A DNA stretch of 64,000 nt. Origin: the human T2T-CHM13v2.0 reference genome, Homo sapiens. Shown in pieces: positions 57,471-64,000 of this stretch; within the stretch, counting starts at the first letter, position 1, and every line of letters starts with the position of its first letter. The stretch lies in the NCBI RefSeq assembly GCF_009914755.1, contig NC_060927.1; one strand, given 5' to 3'. The notes beneath the pieces are model-generated. The model was not told the origin of the DNA and did not search any database. It was given only the letters and a program-made list of their open reading frames with translations. A program made the position numbers and the translations under genes.

Positions 57471-58711
57471 TCACCAGTTGCAATAGTTGAAGGGAGTATT
57501 TGTGAAAGCATTAGGGAAAAGAGTCTTTCGTTTTTCATAGAGTGTCAGAGACTATGACTCCAAAACAGCAGGTTAAGGATAAGTCAAGCTTTACTATCAG
57601 TTTGAAAACTAAAGATCTGATATATTTGGAATGATAGAGGAAAACATAGTCTTTGTTTTGACAGTCATTTCTAAGAAAACATCCACTGGTTCTTTATAGT
57701 TTACAATATATCATTCTCAACACATAGGAAAGAATGAAATGAACTTTTTATGGTCAGTTATTTTATTATTTTAAAATGGATGCCTTAGATATCAACAGTG
57801 AAACTTGTAAGAATAGAAAGGTAAAAATGAAATAATGAGAAAGGCTGAAGGGAGGAAAACATATATAAATTTAAAAATAGAGGGAGCATTACAGAAACAA
57901 AAAAAAAGAAACGGGAAAAGAAGCTAAAATTCATGTTGATAAAGTAATAATATTTGACATTTTAAAATTAAAGGTTAGATGAATTCTAAAAATTTTGCAT
58001 ACAATATTATAATAAATGACTTTTCAAAGATGTCAATTATATAAAAGTTCTGTTAAATGTTTTATATTTAATTTCTTTGCGGCTCTTACATTTTCATGCC
58101 TTTTGCCTGACATTTAGTTTCATATCAGCATTACTTTTATGTGCCGTTGGAGGTCTTTCATTTTTTATATTCCTCTTCATAAATAAAATATAAATGACAT
58201 AAGAATTGCTCATTATAGTCTTTAGTAAATTGTTTAGTTGCTTGAACTTACCCAAAACTATTAGTAGACATGTCTATAAATTTGTAATAAAGATTAACCT
58301 CTCAATGTCCAGCTGTCATACAGATATAGCTTATTGCTAGATTATTTATCATCCTTTCTTTTTAACTAAACATCTATTTTTATTAAAGATGCTAACAATA
58401 ATTAGTACTATCATACATAAAGTTTACTTACAGAAAAAACTTGAATTTTGTATTATTGAAAGAATAATTATGTTACTTTTTTCAGATAAAATTCTATTTT
58501 TTTATATTAATGGGAGGCCTAGAAAAAATATTAATGTAAAATATTAAAATAAAAACCTATCCTTGTTTATCTTGAGACATAGGTATATTAATGGATGTGA
58601 CTTGTTAGAAATAAGAAAGAATAGCAAAATCTTGCACAATTTGTTTCTCCCTTTTCGTATGCTGCTTAGATAATTATTGAAAAGTTGAAAAGTAGTTTAA
58701 TCTTGACTTTG

Positions 58712-59407
58712 AGGAAGGTGGGGGGCAGCCCCTGCCCGGCCAGCTGCCCTGCCCGGGAGGGAGGTGGGGGGCAGCCCCCGCCCTGGCAGCTGCCCCTTCC
58801 GGGAAGGAGGTTGGGGGCGCCTCTGCACGGCCGCCCCGTCTGGGAAGTGAGGAGCGCCTCTGCCCGGCCGCCACCCCGTCTGGGAGGTGTACCCAACGGC
58901 TCATTGAGAACGGGCCATGATGACGATGGCGGTTTTGTCGAATAGAAAAAGGGGGAAATGTGGGGAAAAGAAAGAGAAATCAGATTGTTACGGTGCCTGT
59001 GTAGAAAGAAGTAGACATAGGAGACTCCATTTTGTTCTGTACTAAGAAAAATTCTTCTGCCTTGGGATGCTGTTAATCTATAACCTTACTCCCAACCCCG
59101 TGCTCTCTGAAACATGTGCTGTGTCCACTCAGGGTTAAATGGATTAAGGGCGGTGCAAGATGTGCTTTGTTAAACAGATGCTTGAAGGCAGCATGCTCAT
59201 TAAGAGTCATCACCACTCCCTAATCTCAAGTACCCAGGGACACAAACACTGCAAAAGGCCGCAGGGTCCTCTGCCTAGGAAAACCAGAGACCCTTGTTCA
59301 CATGTTTATCTGCTGACCTTCCCTCCACTATTGTCCTATGACCCTGCCAAATCCCCCTCTGCGAGAAACACCCAAGAATGATCAATAAATACTAAAAAAA
59401 AAAAAAA
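58712..59407 (+). mobile_element. 5'-truncated SVA (older subfamily, SVA_A-C, probably B)
   Basis: Partial GC-rich VNTR (cccgtctgggaagtgaggagcgcctctgcccggccgcc); SINE-R (ctcattgagaacgggccatgatgacgatggcgg...caagaatgatcaataaatact); poly-A; 13-bp TSD aatcttgactttg at 58699-58711 and 59408-59420. Confidence 0.96.
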
Positions 59408-60869
59408 AATCTTGACTTTGTCATCAGTTAATTGCAAGTTAAGTTTTATACTTTCTTAGTAATGAATGAACTTCACAATTCTTGGTTTTCTTTCCATTAC
59501 TGTATTCCTACTACATAGGAAAATATAATAATTCACTTAAACTATTTTTTAGATATAAAATTAATATATATGATCTTTAGTTTATAAGGAACACACCATG
59601 CAGTTAATCTAGAACTGAATCGTATAATGGTAGTATTTTGGGTTAAATTACCAATTTTAATTTTCTTTAGATTGTAGCCTAACAGTGTGTAAGCTGAATA
59701 CTAAAATTTTAGATTTGGATCTTACTCTTGGGTCCTTAAAGAATAGATTTTCAGAATTTACCCAATATAGATTTGGGAGGTTAACATAATTTTGTTACTA
59801 ACAGAATTTTAAATGAACATAGACATACTGTGCAAATGTGTTTCTCTGAGCTGCCTCCTTCTTTCCCACGACTTAACCACAGTATCATGATATATTAACA
59901 CTGCTTCCTAAAAGAACAAGTATGAGAAAAGCTATTTCGGAAAATAAAAAGTGCAGATGCTAGATGTACTGAATTACCACTGTGGGCCTTAAATAGTCTT
60001 TGTGTGTTATGATTTTAGGAAACAGAGGAATATAAGTTTAGAATAAAGCACTTCTAGTTTGTAGAAACCTGTTACTTTTTGAAAGTAAAGATATTTAAAA
60101 ATTAAACCAATAAAGTACCTTTGAAACATCTGACAAATAGAGTGCTTTAGTAGCCTTGTGTAGATACAAGCTTCAACTCTCTGTTCTTGGAAATCCAAAA
60201 GCCATAGTCAAAAAGCAAAATTCACCCTGGCTGAAAAGATGAAAAATTGCAGTGTATCTATCAAGCTATGAGGCTCCTCCTGGCAGATAGCTCTCAAAGA
60301 GCCAAGTGGTGATTGTCTTGAGGTGTTAACTCTTGACACACTTTGAAGCCTTCTTTTTCCAGTGTAAACTACACATAGTAGGGAGTGGACAGGATGAGCC
60401 AAAGGGTTTTAATATCTGAAAACAGGTCGGCAGCAGGTTGAATGTGAACTGTAACTGTCACGTTCTTAGCAGAGTTGCTTTGCTCTTTGTCCCTCAACAG
60501 CAGGAGAAAAAAAAAATTGTAAATGTTGTTAAGAAGAGACAATAAAGTAGAGGTTGTGGTCTTTTCCTCAGGGCACTGTGCTTGGAAGCAATTCTTCCTC
60601 ATTCAAAACCCCAGTGCCAGGAAACATAGCCTGCCAGAGTGCTGTGGAGGGAAAATAAAAAGATCTGTCAGGTCCTGAATATAGTCAGAGCAGATCCGGA
60701 GATCTGAGGATCCACATAGGACCATTAAGATTGAAGGACCCTGGAGACTCCTGGTGCTTAGTGTCACTTTGGTACCATAACCAGGGATTAATAAGCCAAT
60801 AAGATGCATTTGCTAACATCATGCTAACTCTGGGAACTCTTAGAAAGCCTGGATGTTTAATATTTAAAA

Positions 60870-61090
60870 GAGTAGGTTTTGAGATTTAACATGCCAGCTC
60901 TTCTACTGACTAGCTGTGAGAACTTGGGAAAATAATTGCTGAGCCTCAGATAACCTCATCTATAAAACGGGGATAATAATAGCACTTAACATAGGATTGT
61001 TTCATTAAATGACATAATGGAGGTAAAGACCTAACTTTATAGTAATTCTTGGCTCATTTTAAGAGTTCAGTGAATTGTGAATTAGCATAT
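60870..61090 (+). mobile_element. MIR SINE
   Basis: ctagctgtgagaacttggga...ctgagcctcag..cctcatctataaaacggggataataatagcac. Confidence 0.7.
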
Positions 61091-63544
61091 AATTTTGGAT
61101 GATACATCACGGGGATATTGTCACTCTGTACATCAAAATCTAAGTGCAAAAGATAAAAAAGACATTAATAGATTTCTCTGACTAGATAGAGCATATTCTC
61201 AATACAGAAATCTGCAACTGCAGAAAAAGATAACAGAAAAAAAATAAGATTAAAAACAAACCCTTCAGCTAAGACTGACAGCCTTATATATTAACAACTG
61301 AGATCAGGCAAATGCTGATGGAACTCAAGAAGACCCTGTAGACAACCCTCTTTGCTATGCCTATAGTGAAGCTCAGAACTACATTAAAACTCTATTACAG
61401 TGGCTTTCTTTTAGCCTGAATATTAAAATTTTTTCTCCTCCACTCTTTTTTTATTTTGTAGGTTTGTGACTGTATTTATCTCATGTATGTGTGTTTCTAG
61501 TGTAAGCCACTTCCTACACTCTGAAGGTAGAAAGTATGTAAATTTGATAGAAGTAAGTACAGTAAATACTTCTAGAAACAAGCAGGAAAAGATACTCTGG
61601 AATCTAGGTGGAGGTGGAATTGGACAACAAAAAGGACCAAGAAAAAAGGAGCCCATGGCAGGAACAGGAATTATTTACACACCCCTGAGAAAAAGAGTTT
61701 TGTGATATTAGTGAGACTTAAACTTATGTGGTAGATATCCTAAATAATACCAAGTGTTCACACTACCAGTTCAGGACACCCATAAAATTTATTGCTTTGG
61801 TTCATACTAATCAGCTCTTCTGCTTGCCAAATCCTGAATTGAATTATATAATTCTGATATTTAAAAACTTTACCATAAATATAGGAACTCAGGTGGGCCC
61901 AACTAACCATCCATTTAGGGTGTGTTACACAAATTGCAGTTGCACACAGGGCCCCAAAGGTTGGCCTACTCGGGGAACTAGCAGGTGCTCATGCATATGC
62001 AAGTGATCTAAAACAAATTTACACGAACTGACTGGATTTCACCAATGATTTTTTTTTTTTTTCAAATGGCTTTGACTACATTTTGCAATCTATAGCTCAT
62101 TAATTTGACATTCTATAAGCATACCTTTTACATGTCATTTAGTGATCAACATAACTCAGGCTTCAGGGTGAAGTTTTAGTTTATGCTATCCAACTTGATT
62201 ATCCACTATGCCTAAATTCAGTGTACTACTCATTTTAGAGTAGGCACTGACTAATTTATTTTTCTAAAAATAAAGCACAAATAATAATTTCCTTTAGTTT
62301 ATATATCCTATTTAATCTATTAGTGAAGCATGAGCAACAAATAATTATTTCTTTTATGTGGTTGATGTACAAAATTGCAATTAAATAAAGAATTCTTGAT
62401 GCATTTACAGATACTATAGCAGTTGCCAAGACCATTTCACTAAAACCACAAATGGAAAAAAAAAATATCATTATACTGAAGAATTAAGTCAGGAAACAGA
62501 GTCTTCTGAATTACTATTTTTATAGTTTTATTTTTTGCCTTGCTCTCAAAGGTGATAACATTAAAGCTTTCAACAACAAAAATTTATTCCACAAACATGG
62601 ACTTTATTTGTATAAAGTAGGTTTATACTGAAAAATTTATGTCAAATGATTTTGCCTATAAAGAATATTCTTAAACTTAGATTTAAAAATTCCTATGGGT
62701 ACTATGTAGTTCACTGTTGCAGTACCTAAAGCAATACTCCACAAAGATGCATAATGAATGTCTTTTGATGATGCCCTGACATTTCTAAGAAATGCCTTTG
62801 CCTCAAATCAATCCACTCAAACCAGCAAATGATTTGACATTGAAAGCTTCAGGAAACACTATATGAATATTTTTATCATTTTACAATAAAGATTTAATCA
62901 TGGATTGTCATAGGAAATTGAGATTCTGCCTTACGTTTTAAAGCTAATCTGCTACAGTCATTCATTTATTTTACTTGTAAAATAACTTTTACAAGTAGGA
63001 AAGCCTTTATATGTGTTCTTAATTCTAATAAGATCTGTACAATCTTTTCTACTGTTTGAGTTAAAATATTATCAGTAACATTACAGTCAATGAATCAAGT
63101 CAAACTTCTTTGATAAACATGGTGTTCTACAACAAACATTTGTAACTCAGAATTACGATTACACATCACCAATTCCTGGAATATTAAACAGAATTCTTTA
63201 CGATGGAAAAGCTCTGTTGTTCTTTGAGTAAATAGACCAAAAATCACGCTGTAATAAGATATAGTCAAATGTAATAATGAATTTTATATAAATGTTAGCC
63301 AAACTTCTCTTTTATATATCTGAACCATAGCTAATGATTAACAAGATGCTTCCCATTTTCAAAGGCATTTGGTACACAGCTTTATTTCTCAACATCTCCA
63401 GTTCTTTGTTATTAAAGCCTGAGGTCTCAGGTCATAGGTTAATTTAGTTAACCATGTATTTTAAACTTGTAAGCTCCGAATATTTCTATTTTCTTAGCTC
63501 TATAGAATTCGTGGAAAAAAATAGTGAATGACTGCAATTATTAT

Positions 63545-63810
63545 TATTAGTGTATCGCTAATGTGTTAGACTATGTTTTGAGCACATTAAATAATTTATC
63601 TCATTTACTCTTCATAATAACTTCAAAAATGTGGTACTGTTATTATTTCTGTTTGACAAATGTGAAATTTAAGCATAAATTTTAAGTATTTAAGCATAAG
63701 TATTATGCATAATTTTATGCATAAAATTAAGCATAAGTATTAAGTGTCTGGCTTAAATTACATAGCAAAGCCAGGATTTGAACCAGATAGCCTCACTATG
63801 AAGTCCACTC
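63545..63810 (-). mobile_element. MIR SINE containing a local palindromic expansion
   Basis: atctcatttactcttcataataac...agccaggatttgaaccag; the core is interrupted at 63670-63745. Confidence 0.6.
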
Positions 63811-64000
63811 ATTTAGAGATTTACAAGGTCAGAGCATTCATGTAATAAATTCTCTCATTATGACTGCTGAACAAGAAAGAAATACTGCTGTGATCATATT
63901 CGTAAGTGGCATAAGTAATATGTAACATTTAAAAAATACTTTTGTCTAATCTGTATTATCTAAAATATTTGCCAGACACTGTGTTAGGCTAGGTCTGCAG

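Noticed and set aside
58666-59381. GC-rich ORFs or a CpG-island promoter
   Set aside because: Fully explained by the SVA VNTR and SINE-R.

Overview
AT-rich, repeat-dense hominoid (human or great-ape) genomic DNA, judged from Alu J/S/Y, L1PA3/4, an SVA and a HERV-K(HML-3) provirus. It reads as a large intron or an intergenic region. I recognise no host protein-coding exon, RNA gene or CRISPR array, and the short ORFs I could trace are repeat-derived or appear spurious. Main contents: (1) a 5.1-kb, multiply deleted HERV-K(HML-3)/MER9 provirus (23384-28499, minus) with both LTRs, PBS, PPT and a 5-bp TSD; (2) a full-length processed EEF1B2 pseudogene (30781-31594, minus); (3) a 5'-truncated SVA with a 13-bp TSD; (4) many L1, Alu, MaLR, L2/MIR and DNA-transposon fossils. 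The most unusual structure is at 34237-35477. It contains a 192-bp copy of sequence from 2.6 kb away and a 264-bp inverted duplication enclosing an AluJ, and three of its internal junctions carry short snap-back hairpins. This looks like the scar of an old template-switching repair event. I see no evidence of a new gene system. Repeat subfamily calls come from remembered consensus motifs, and mismatch counts are by eye.
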